Positions 1 through 9,900 of a stretch of 64,000 nt of DNA are shown in pieces. Location: contig JAEHCO010000001.1 in NCBI GenBank assembly GCA_020697715.1, positions 576,001-640,000 on the forward strand, written 5' to 3'. Numbering within the stretch: position 1 is the stretch's first letter; each line of letters starts with the position of its first letter. Below the pieces are notes generated by a model. That model worked only from the letters and a program-made list of their open reading frames with translations. It made no database searches and was not told the DNA's origin. The translations under genes and the position numbers were made by a program. The DNA comes from Methanobacteriota archaeon (lineage in GTDB: Archaea; Thermoplasmatota; Thermoplasmata; SG8-5; JAGLSY01).

Positions 1-330
1 GATCTCCTGGTCAATATACCGACATCTTCTGAATATCCAATAATGAACATTTCCCAGGCCGCCACGGTCATAATGTACGAGGTCGGAACTATGGGACAAA
101 CGACCTCTTCTAAGCAAATGGCTAGATCCTCGGATAAGGAGACCCTTCACGCTCTATTTGATGAGATGTTGGAGGAGACCAATTATCCAAAGCACAAGAT
201 GCCAAAGACCAAGGTGATGTTCCGTCGGATCATTACCCGGGCGGAGCTGACCAAGTGGGAATTCCACACACTGGCTGGGACAATTAGTCGGTCTAGTCGT
301 ACTATACAGAGATTGAGGAAGCAGAAATAA
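1..330 (+). CDS. trmJ: SPOUT tRNA/rRNA 2'-O-methyltransferase (TrmJ/LasT family), C-terminal part; 5' end lies outside the window
   Basis: Frame 1 is open from base 1 and reads DLLVNIPTSSEYPIMNISQAATVIMYEV (SpoU motif 3), followed by a TrmJ-type tail ...FRRIITRAELTKWEFHTLAG. Confidence 0.8.
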   Translation, partial: DLLVNIPTSSEYPIMNISQAATVIMYEVGTMGQTTSSKQMARSSDKETLHALFDEMLEETNYPKHKMPKTKVMFRRIITRAELTKWEFHTLAGTISRSSRTIQRLRKQK

Positions 331-383
331 GCCAAACCCTGATCTATAGCCCGCTTTGTTCACAATTAAAAATTAAAGAAAAA

Positions 384-417
384 TAGTAAAAGGGGGGAAG
401 GCTGGATCGCCTTCCCC
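384..417 (-). terminator. Intrinsic-terminator-like hairpin plus U-tract after the 2078-aa gene
   Basis: Plus strand shows ggggaaggc (394-402), loop tggatc, gccttcccc (409-417). On the minus strand the stem is followed by CCTTTTACTATTTTT. Confidence 0.75.
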
Positions 418-440
418 ATTTTATTTTGGTTTTTACCAGA

Positions 441-3400
441 TCACTCTGTGACCAGATCGTCCGAAGATACGTCATCAGCTGGTCCTTCTGCTTCCGGCTC
501 TGGTGTTTCCTCGGGTTCTGGGGCTGGTTCTGGTGCTTCCTCGACAGGTGGTGCTTCACCTTCAGGCTTCTTTCCCTTCATCATTGCCTGAAGCACGATT
601 ATGACGACCAATATTATGATGATAATGATCCACATGAAGTCGTTTCCACCATCTCCATCTTCTGCATCATCATCGCCATCCACTGGTGTATCGTCGTCGT
701 CATCGTCAACAACAACATCATCGTCGTCGTCATCGTCAACAACAACATCATCGTCGTCATCGTCAACAACAACATCATCATCGTCGTCCGTGCCATTGGT
801 GTCATCAGTGTCGTCCGTGTCATCAATAGGCACAGTGGTGTTCAGAGCCGTCAGGAAACTGTCTGTGTGTGCGGTTCCCATATCATTGCCTGCCAGATCC
901 ATCGCTCCTGCTCCTACGACAAAGGTATATTCTGTATCGTATCCCAACTCGTCAAATGATACAGTGACGTACCTGCCTGTTGTGTCCCATGTGAAGCCAG
1001 TGACATTGGTTCCCGCAACTGTGAATACAGATTCAACAGATGCCGTGTCCATTGCCTCGGTGAAGACGACTATCAGATCCCAGTCAAGTGGGACATCCTC
1101 CAATCCATCTCCAGGTGCTATTACCAGAACTTCAGGTGCTGTCATATCAACGACATTCACCCATGTGGTGAGTGTGTCCTCATTTCCAGCCGCATCCCAT
1201 ACTTTCAGAACCAGTGTGTGGTTGCCGAGTACGCTGAATGTGTGGTTCATGATGTCATTGGTTATTGTGACAACATTGGCTCCATCATTGAAGGTCCACT
1301 CATAGCCCACAATACCGACATTGTCAGTACTTGCGGATCCGTCCAAGGTAACTTCGGTTCCAGGTGCGACCGTCTGTCCATCACCATCTATTGCTGTTGG
1401 TGGCGTTATATCGAGCACGGTCACGGTGATCATGCTGGTACCTGTGAGACCTACTGCATCTTCCACGGTCAATGTCACATCATATGTTCCTGGCTCGGTG
1501 AAGTTATACACAACATCTGCTCCGTTCAAGGTCTGGGCAGTTCCATCATTGAAGGTCCATGTATAGCTCACGACACCGACATTGTCAGCTCCTGTTCCAT
1601 TGAAGGTCATGTTCGTGTCCTCATTGACCGTCATGTCCATACCTGCATCTGCTGTTGGAGGTGTGATGTCCAAGACAGTTATGACAACTATATCCGTATC
1701 TGTGTAACCTTCTGCATCGGTGACTGTCAGAGTGATGTCGTATACACCAGGCTCTGCGATCATGTAGTTCACTGTCTCACCGCTCAGCGCAAGTCCCAAT
1801 CCGGCATTGCTCCAGTCCCATGAAACTATGTAGAAATCATCTGTTGTTCCAGAGCCATCCAGGGTAAAGGTGGCATCTTCATCCACTGTCTGTGGTGGGC
1901 CTGCATCTGCCACTGGTGGTGTGGTGACATAGTCCAATATGATGACAACATCTTTTGTCGTGTCCATGATCGGCTGTGCGGTACCACTTGCTGGTGCTTT
2001 TGTTGCAGTGACATCATGTGCTGTGTAGTTTGTCTGTGTTGTGGATGTCTGGTAGTACTCATCAGAAACGATCCATCTAAGATATCCGTCATTGCCTGTC
2101 ACTCCGCTTGCGAGTATCTGTGTGCCAAATGCATCCCAGACATCTATCAAAGTGCTAGGCAGCCCGAATCCAGTTCCCTGCTGCTCTGCCTTGACGTGCA
2201 TGTACCATTTCAGAAGCAATGTTGAGCTTATGCCTGCTGTGACCGTCGCATTGCCAGCACAGTCCATCCACCATCCAGCAGCACTCATCGTGGTACCGGA
2301 AATATCTGTTCCGGCTCCACCACTGTGAGCGGAGAGGATGGTTATGGATGATTCAAATCCCTGTGTTGGAGAGTAGATCACGAACTCTGTTCCAGTCCAT
2401 GTTACCGTGACGCCTGCAATACCTGCGCCGATTATGGCATTTCTAATATCAAGAGCTACATCATTCATCAAGACAGCACCAGCGAAGCTGAAAGGTCCGA
2501 CATCTACTGATGTACCATCAATGGTTATGTTGAATGTAGCATTGGTGATAAGGGCCCAGGCACTGACATTTGTCTCAGGGTTCGAGCCTCCTGTCAGGTA
2601 TGCGGACATATCATTGAGATACACACTATCTTTGTTGAAGTACGTGTTCAGAGCTGTGACATCAGTGATACCATCAAGATCCAGTTCATAATCCGCATCT
2701 GGGTTGTCGAAGGTACAGTTCTCCATGTAGATGACGGCATTGAATGCCTCTATTCCATTTGAAGAACCAACATCTCCATTGTAGTCATTGGCATTGTCGA
2801 TTATGTTACATTCCATTATGTTGCTGGTCACAGTTCCCATATCGGAGTTCAGGTAGATACCGTTGTAGTAGTTGCCTATGATGTCACAGTTGATTATATC
2901 GACATATGAATCATTGTAAGCACTTGCATATATTCCGGCTCCGCGGTTATCGATGATAGTAGCATCCTGGATCAATGCATTGAGGGTATTTCCTGCCTGC
3001 AATGATAATCCATTTCCATATGCGGGTTCTGTAGTGTAGGAATCGCAGTAGAACGCATTTTGCAGTGTTCCTCCGATGAAATCAAAGGTCAGGTTGTTGT
3101 TAGCACCAACAGCCAGGGCGGATCCTACTGCTCCTGGACCAAATATGTTGTTGCTCATGTGGAGTATGACGTCATCGGTGAGGATGCCATTGCTCTCACA
3201 CTCGTACCCTATCCTTACTCCAAGGTCGTAGATATCATCTTCATTTCCAGTCATGATGAATGCCTGCATTACATTGTCGTTCATGACCACGTCAACAAGG
3301 TCGGTCGCGGACATTCTCAATATCTGTCCACCATAGTTATATTCATTTGTGTTCACAACTATGTTATTACCGCTGATCGTTCCCTTAACGACCTCCGCTG

Positions 3401-6400
3401 TCTCATCATCACTGCTTCCGGTCCTACCTATTCTGAGGACACCACCCAGATCTATGTCGCTATTATCTCCTCCTAATAGATCGACCGTGATGTCATTTCC
3501 TATCATGTCTATGAACACATTCTCTATAGCGAGTATTTTGAACAATGTTCCAAGGCTAACACCATCTGACAATTCAACGTGGATATTGTTATTCATGATC
3601 TTCGCGGTCGTGTTGATGGATTGTGCATTTCTGTAATAGTATCCGATCTCGAAGAACCCGCCTCCTGATACTCCGGGCTTATAATCGGCGAATATCTCAT
3701 TTCCACATATATTGGCCACAAGCTGATCATCACACTCGACCATCACGAATCCATTTAAGTCAGTGTCATGTCCCATATCGAGATCGAACATATTATCGTA
3801 CATGTTCAATGTGGTGTTTGTCGCGATATTATCCGAGCTCTTCTCATATCCGATCCACATGAACCCACCTACGTAGGCCTGGCTGCTGTAATATGCTGTT
3901 TTGAATTCAAATGTATTACCACTGATATTCGCATCAAGCTCTTCAGCGTAGATGATGAATATATTGCCGAAATCCACTTCACCAGATGATATGAGTCTGA
4001 AATCATTGTCTATCATTCTGAAGTCCATTTTCTCAGCATATAGATCATCGTCTAATGTGTATCCGAAACTGAACACCACACCAAATGATGGATGGTCGTC
4101 CGTATATTCATTCAAGACCTCGATGAAGTTCCTCTCTATGTTGACATTCTGATATTCAGTAGCGATTATCCTCCATAGTCCGCCAGCATGATTACATGCA
4201 CCCGGGGTATTGAGTATGATCATATTGTCCGTTATGTTCGCGAACAAATAATCCGATGCATCTCCCCAGCTATTATGCCCTCCCATTTTGAAGAACTGGA
4301 TGTTAAGTTCATAGGCTGCGACATTTTCCAAATAGAACAGATTATCGATCATGTCTATCTTCGTGGTGTCCGTACCCATTATATGAAGGTATACTGCAGA
4401 ATATTGTGTGTAATATCCAATAAGGGAATTACCGATCAATCTGGCAGTAACGTTCTTGGCTGGATTGTCAGATACATATCCTCCGATCTTGATGACGCCG
4501 CCATCGTAATAGTTGCTCTTGATGTTAATGTCATTATCGTACAGATATGCTTTTACCTCTCCGAGGTCTGGCTCTGCCAAGATCTGTATTACGCCGCCCA
4601 GGTTCTCGGAAGTGGTCTTCATGTCCACTTCTATAACGTTCCCGATCATCCACACAGTGGTGTTGAGCGTGTAGTAATCATTATGGCCGTCCCAACCTGC
4701 CTCTACGATCGTGCCAGTGTTCCCACATTCAGTGTATGCGTAATTGTTGATCATGGTCATGTTCAGGTCGAAGAGGGCCATGGTCTGGTAGAAACCGCCT
4801 ATATCTGGAGAATCACTAACTGTGTAATCATAATACATCTTGATGCTGTTCCCTTCAAAGTAAGCATTCACTACCTCGCAATTCGGGTATCTAGCATCCA
4901 TTGGGTCCATATTGCTGTATGATGGATGTCCTATCTTGAACACTCCACCAATGTAGTAACCGCCTTCAACATCATTATCGATCACGACCGCATTAGTGAC
5001 CTTCTTGGCCGCGGTACGTAGCCATCCGCCAATATTCCAGCCATCGCCATACATTCCCATATCTGCAGTGTTCCTAGAGAATTCGACCGTTGTGTATTCT
5101 GGGAACTCATCTTTATCTGATGAACCTATGTTACTACTGGTAGCAAATCCGAATCTGAATGAATCAAAGTTCGTGTCTCCATCTAGACCGGTCATGTAAT
5201 TGTCAACTACCTTTGCATTGACATCGTTCTTCGCATTGAAGTTGTTGTGACCGTCATTGGCGATCATCGTATTGTTGGCTATCAGGACCGTTGTGTGGTT
5301 GGCTGCTCTGAAATCATCGAGCCAGCCGATACCGCCCCAGATCATTCCGCCTTCATTGTGGTATAAGAGATTTCTCTCGACGGTCATGTCTATCGTGCCT
5401 TCTTCATCAGCCATAGCGAATATGACTGACGCGTCCATCTCACTGAGTCCATCCTGTCTCCAGAAGTCACAGTCGTGCACGTTCATCGTCACACTGCTGC
5501 CACCGTAGGTATTGACACCCCATCCATTCGCCGAAATGTTCATGTTGAATACCTCGACATTGATGGTATCTGCCATAAGGTAGACCGCGTGTTGGCCATT
5601 ATTGATTATCTCATAATCCGAAACAATGTAATTGATATTGAATCCTGGATCGCTCCAGTTAGTGATGCCGAGTCCTATTCCTGCATTACCATCTATGAGA
5701 TTGCCGGTAAAGGCAGCTGGATAGCAACTGTCGAATATCAAACCATGTCCGCCATCGCCGATCAAGCTGTTGGTGATGCTCACACTGTTGGATTCGATAT
5801 AGGTTCCGATCATCATTTTGTCCGCACCGTAAGATGTGGCATTGACCGTACAATCCAGCCAGTTGCCCCCTGATATGTCCGTACCATTTGCAGTACTGTT
5901 CATTCCAACAGCGACGGTTGAATCGACTCCGACCTGTGTGTCTAGGTCTATTGTGGTTCCAGATATTATCTCGAAGTGGTCTGTATTCCATATAACGGTC
6001 GCTCCAATGAATCCGCCGGTACCAATTGCCTGTATGGCATTCTGGATTATTGCGGTCACCTGTGCCATGACGACAACTCCAGTGAAGTCAAGACCCCATA
6101 TGTCTGCTGGTACCCCATCAATGGTCACGCTTAATTCTCCATCTGTGATGGGAGCCCAGTTAGCAACGACATTCTCCACATTTGGGCCGCCGACCAGGTA
6201 TCCGTTGATATCTGTGCGTCCCACATTGAGTATCTCACTGTTCTGGACATCCAATACTGCTCCTGCATCCACATACATGTATGTTTCGAAGGCAGGGTTG
6301 CTTGAAGTTATGACAGACGCATCTGCATCGCCAGCTTCCAAAGGTGTAAGTCCATCTCCTCCATCCTGAAGGTACATGTTTCCACCTACGTAGATCATGT

Positions 6401-6677
6401 ACTGTCCTATCATGGTGCAGTTCATTTGGATCGTCGTGTTAACAAGTGTAAGGGTTGCCCCTGGCGGTACAGACAGGTTTCCCGTCAACACAATTATCTC
6501 ATCTGTGTATGTTTCGGATCCTGCGACCGTCCAATCGCCGTCGATATATTGAATACCGTCCGGGACGTCGCTCGGTGGAGCTGGTGTACCTGCAAGCACT
6601 AATGAAGTATTCGCAAATACCACGCTCACCATTACTATGCTCATTATCAAAGCACTAAGTTTATTTTTCATAGTCAT
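441..6677 (-). CDS. Giant membrane-anchored surface protein (2078 aa): signal peptide, right-handed beta-helix, two sheath-like inserts, 3 PKD domains, Ig-like (SbsA/Big_5-type) domain, Asp-rich linker, C-terminal TM helix, Pro/Glu-rich tail
   Basis: N-terminal hydrophobic signal, Asn-ladder repeats, PKD motifs (PVADAG...YTWTF...EPGTYDVTLTV), an Ig motif (FTEAMDTASVE...LAGN), and TM segment FMWIIIIIILVVIIVLQAM. Confidence 0.9.
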   Translation of the reverse strand: MTMKNKLSALIMSIVMVSVVFANTSLVLAGTPAPPSDVPDGIQYIDGDWTVAGSETYTDEIIVLTGNLSVPPGATLTLVNTTIQMNCTMIGQYMIYVGGNMYLQDGGDGLTPLEAGDADASVITSSNPAFETYMYVDAGAVLDVQNSEILNVGRTDINGYLVGGPNVENVVANWAPITDGELSVTIDGVPADIWGLDFTGVVVMAQVTAIIQNAIQAIGTGGFIGATVIWNTDHFEIISGTTIDLDTQVGVDSTVAVGMNSTANGTDISGGNWLDCTVNATSYGADKMMIGTYIESNSVSITNSLIGDGGHGLIFDSCYPAAFTGNLIDGNAGIGLGITNWSDPGFNINYIVSDYEIINNGQHAVYLMADTINVEVFNMNISANGWGVNTYGGSSVTMNVHDCDFWRQDGLSEMDASVIFAMADEEGTIDMTVERNLLYHNEGGMIWGGIGWLDDFRAANHTTVLIANNTMIANDGHNNFNAKNDVNAKVVDNYMTGLDGDTNFDSFRFGFATSSNIGSSDKDEFPEYTTVEFSRNTADMGMYGDGWNIGGWLRTAAKKVTNAVVIDNDVEGGYYIGGVFKIGHPSYSNMDPMDARYPNCEVVNAYFEGNSIKMYYDYTVSDSPDIGGFYQTMALFDLNMTMINNYAYTECGNTGTIVEAGWDGHNDYYTLNTTVWMIGNVIEVDMKTTSENLGGVIQILAEPDLGEVKAYLYDNDINIKSNYYDGGVIKIGGYVSDNPAKNVTARLIGNSLIGYYTQYSAVYLHIMGTDTTKIDMIDNLFYLENVAAYELNIQFFKMGGHNSWGDASDYLFANITDNMIILNTPGACNHAGGLWRIIATEYQNVNIERNFIEVLNEYTDDHPSFGVVFSFGYTLDDDLYAEKMDFRMIDNDFRLISSGEVDFGNIFIIYAEELDANISGNTFEFKTAYYSSQAYVGGFMWIGYEKSSDNIATNTTLNMYDNMFDLDMGHDTDLNGFVMVECDDQLVANICGNEIFADYKPGVSGGGFFEIGYYYRNAQSINTTAKIMNNNIHVELSDGVSLGTLFKILAIENVFIDMIGNDITVDLLGGDNSDIDLGGVLRIGRTGSSDDETAEVVKGTISGNNIVVNTNEYNYGGQILRMSATDLVDVVMNDNVMQAFIMTGNEDDIYDLGVRIGYECESNGILTDDVILHMSNNIFGPGAVGSALAVGANNNLTFDFIGGTLQNAFYCDSYTTEPAYGNGLSLQAGNTLNALIQDATIIDNRGAGIYASAYNDSYVDIINCDIIGNYYNGIYLNSDMGTVTSNIMECNIIDNANDYNGDVGSSNGIEAFNAVIYMENCTFDNPDADYELDLDGITDVTALNTYFNKDSVYLNDMSAYLTGGSNPETNVSAWALITNATFNITIDGTSVDVGPFSFAGAVLMNDVALDIRNAIIGAGIAGVTVTWTGTEFVIYSPTQGFESSITILSAHSGGAGTDISGTTMSAAGWWMDCAGNATVTAGISSTLLLKWYMHVKAEQQGTGFGLPSTLIDVWDAFGTQILASGVTGNDGYLRWIVSDEYYQTSTTQTNYTAHDVTATKAPASGTAQPIMDTTKDVVIILDYVTTPPVADAGPPQTVDEDATFTLDGSGTTDDFYIVSWDWSNAGLGLALSGETVNYMIAEPGVYDITLTVTDAEGYTDTDIVVITVLDITPPTADAGMDMTVNEDTNMTFNGTGADNVGVVSYTWTFNDGTAQTLNGADVVYNFTEPGTYDVTLTVEDAVGLTGTSMITVTVLDITPPTAIDGDGQTVAPGTEVTLDGSASTDNVGIVGYEWTFNDGANVVTITNDIMNHTFSVLGNHTLVLKVWDAAGNEDTLTTWVNVVDMTAPEVLVIAPGDGLEDVPLDWDLIVVFTEAMDTASVESVFTVAGTNVTGFTWDTTGRYVTVSFDELGYDTEYTFVVGAGAMDLAGNDMGTAHTDSFLTALNTTVPIDDTDDTDDTNGTDDDDDVVVDDDDDDVVVDDDDDDDVVVDDDDDDTPVDGDDDAEDGDGGNDFMWIIIIIILVVIIVLQAMMKGKKPEGEAPPVEEAPEPAPEPEETPEPEAEGPADDVSSDDLVTE
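690..790 (-). repeat. Coding tandem repeat encoding (D5-7 VVV)x3
   Basis: Repeated tcgtcgtcatcgtcaacaacaacatca-like units; a related tract lies at ~7100-7190 in the paralog. Confidence 0.85.
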
Positions 6678-6740
6678 TCCTCTCTCAATTCTCTACTTAA
6701 ATGTGTTTATACTTATTACGTATGGTTAATATAAAGGAAT

Positions 6741-6773
6741 TTAACAATGTTATATATAAATATCCTTAACAAT
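6741..6773 (-). promoter_or_regulatory. TATA box flanked by two TTAACAAT motifs
   Basis: TTTATATATAAC on the minus strand ~75 nt upstream of the ATG; the segment aligns with the paralog promoter at ~12088-12120. Confidence 0.6.
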
Positions 6774-6845
6774 AGATAATACCGTGCTTTTTGGCACATA
6801 TCTTGGATACAGATATCGAAATAGGAAATAAAAAATCAAAATAAA

Positions 6846-6879
6846 AAGTAAAAGGGGGGAAGACTGGCTCGTCTTCCCC
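6846..6879 (-). terminator. Intrinsic-terminator-like hairpin plus U-tract after the 1702-aa gene
   Basis: ggggaagac (6856-6864), loop tggctc, gtcttcccc (6871-6879), then CCTTTTACTTTTT on the minus strand. Confidence 0.75.
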
Positions 6880-6901
6880 ATTTTCTCTAGGCCTTTATCG
6901 A

Positions 6902-9900
6902 TCACTCAGACACTGGATCATCAGCAGGAGCCTCTGGTGCCGCTTCTGGCTCAGGGGCTGGTTCTGGTGCTTCCTCGACAGGTGGTGCTGCATCAGGTTT
7001 ATTTCCATTCTTCATTGCCTGAAGCACGATTATGACAGCCATTATGATGATTATGATGATCCACATGAAGTCATTTCCTCCTGTGTCTTCTGCGTCATCG
7101 TCGTCATCCACGGGTGTATCGTCGTCGTCATCGTCGTCAACAACATCATCGTCATCATCATCGTCGTCGTCATCAACGATCGGTGTGTCGTCGTCAATAT
7201 CATCGATTATCCCGTCGCCATCATCATCCAAGTCCTCGGTCAGGTTCGTGTCGTACTGATCATAGCCTGGGTTGTACACATCCGGCATTCCATCAGCATC
7301 TGTGTCGATAGATGCTGCTGGATCGTTCGGGAAGGCATCATCCACATCATCCACACCATCGCCGTCTGTATCATCAACAGTTGGCTCTACAGGTGGTGGT
7401 GGCGTGTGATCGATAGCTGTCAGGAAACTGTCTGCGTGTGCGGTTCCCATTTCATTGCCAGCCAGATCCATTGCCTCTGGTCCCACAGTGAAGTTATATT
7501 CTGTGTCATATCCCAGTTCTTCGAATGATATCGTCACATACCTGTCTGTCATATCCCAATCAAAGTCAGTGACATTTACTCCCGATATGTTGAAGGCCGC
7601 TTCTACAGATGCTGTGTCCATTGCCTCGGTGAAGACGATTATGAGGTTCCAGTCCAGTGGGACATCTTCTGAATCTTCACCAGGTGCTATGACCAAGACC
7701 TCGGGTGCTGTCACATCAATGACATTCACCCATACGGTCAATGTGTCGCTGTTTCCAGCCGCATCCCATACTTCCAGCGTCACGGTGAAGTTACCGAGGT
7801 TCATGAAAGTGTGGTTCATTACAGGTCCATTCTGCACGACATCATTAGCCCCATCATTGAAGGTCCATTCGAAGGCCGTGATGCCAACATTATCAGTACT
7901 GGCCGTACCATCCAAAGTCACCTCCGTTCCCTGTGGAACTGTCTGACCATCACCATCTATCGCTACTGGTGGTGTCATGTCGATTATGGTTATGCTCACA
8001 TCATTGGAGTCTGTCAATCCAGCTCCATCTGTCACTGTCAGGGTAACATCATATACCCCTGGTTCAGCAAAGACGTAGTCAGGGCTGCTTCCCCATATTG
8101 TCTGGCTAGTTCCATTATCCATAAAGGTCCATGTGTAGTTCGTAATACCTACATTGTCGTAACTGGCTGAGCTATCGAAGGAAACCGTAGTGTCTTCATT
8201 AGCGCTCAGATCCATTCCTGCATCTGCTACTGGATTTGTCACATCCAATACGGTTATCGTCACCATGTCGGTGTCAGTGGCACCTACATTGTCGGTCACT
8301 GTCAGGGTGAAGTCATACACACCAGGATTGGCGAACATGTAATTCACGGTCTCACCAGAGAGTGTGATGGTTCCTGATCCATCTACCCAGCTCCAGGAAA
8401 CTATCTGTATATCATCCGAGGACCCACTTCCATCAAGGAGTGTGCTGGTATCTTCATTTATGGATATTGATGTTCCAGCATCTGCATTAGGTGCCAGATC
8501 GGTATAGTCCAATGAAACGATGACATCCTTGGAACTGAACATATTCGCGTTCACAGAACCTGTTGTCACGCCCTTGACCGCTTCTACTGTATGTGGTGTG
8601 AACAATTGGCTGTAAGAGTTGGTCTGTAGTGACTGGTCAGCAATTATCCATCTTCTGTAACCATCCCAGGATGACATTCCTGAGTAGACCACATTGCTGT
8701 CAGCATCCGATACTGTGATGCTCGCACCTGGTATTGCCATTCCAGTTCCCTGCTGCTGGACCTTCACGTTCATGAACCATTGGTTCAATAACCAGCTTCC
8801 AGTTCCTTGCATCGGAGTGCCATTGGCACAGGACATCCAGAAACCACCGGCGCTTGCATTGATACCAGATATATCGGTTCCCATGGTTCCAGTCGATTGC
8901 ATCAATGGTGATACATATGTGAGCACTCCACCATTACTAGATTCTATTTCGAAGTGGTCCGTGTTCCAGGTACATGAGGCAGAGAAAAATCCGTCAGTGG
9001 GACTGGCGGAAGCAGCTTGCAATGCCATTGTTATTGTGCCAGCGACATTGAACATGTCTAGACAACCAGTGAAGTCTATTCCGTCAATGTTCTTGACGTC
9101 ACCATCAATGTCTATCATGAAGGAACCGTCGGTTGTGGTGTTCCACAAGGTGAGGTTTGTCTCGACCCATTGGGTTCCAATGAGGCTTCCCCAGGTGAGA
9201 CTTTCGATATCTGTGTCCCCTCTGTCGAAGAAGGAGTTCAGTGCAGTGGCATTGGTGAATCCTCGGAGATCTAATTCATAATCACCGTTCATGTCATTGT
9301 TCAGTGTGCTGTTCTCCAACAATAGGATGACATCCTCTGCGTAGATCCCACTTCCTGCACCACAATTTCCGTCCCAATCTGCACCATTGCCTATGATGGC
9401 TGAATCTGCGATCTCGAAATTACCGTCGCCGTTACCATCAGTATCATACAAATAGACACCGTGCCAGTAATTATCATGTATGAAGCAGTTCTCGATGGTC
9501 ACATCAGCTTCTCCAACGGTCTCGATACAGATACCTGCGCCTTCATTATCATAGAACTCTCCATTCATTATGGTTGCATCAAGGGAATTCTCGGCCATTA
9601 GGGTCAAACCATTTCCATATGTAGTATAGGATGTGAAACTTCCAGTTCCACCACAATCTCCGTAATAAGCGCCGACCATAGTGTCCCCATCTGAGGTGAA
9701 GGTCAGGTTGTTGTTGGCTCCGACCACGTAGTTGCTTCCGATTCCAGCATTCTTGAAGTAATTGTTGCTGGATGTCACAACTGCATTCTCATTCTGAATA
9801 CCATAGGAATTACAATTGTAACCGATCCTCATGCCGTAGTCATAATCGGCTGTTCCATCTTCCCATACGGCTTCGATGTAGTTGTTGTTGATGTCTGCGG

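Noticed and set aside
426-1305. Long Ser/Thr- or Ile/Val-rich ORFs on the + strand (also 7032-7946 and 14946-15446)
   Set aside because: They are antisense shadows of Asp-rich coding repeats, with no SD and no protein-like features. The same applies to most short ORFs nested in the real genes.
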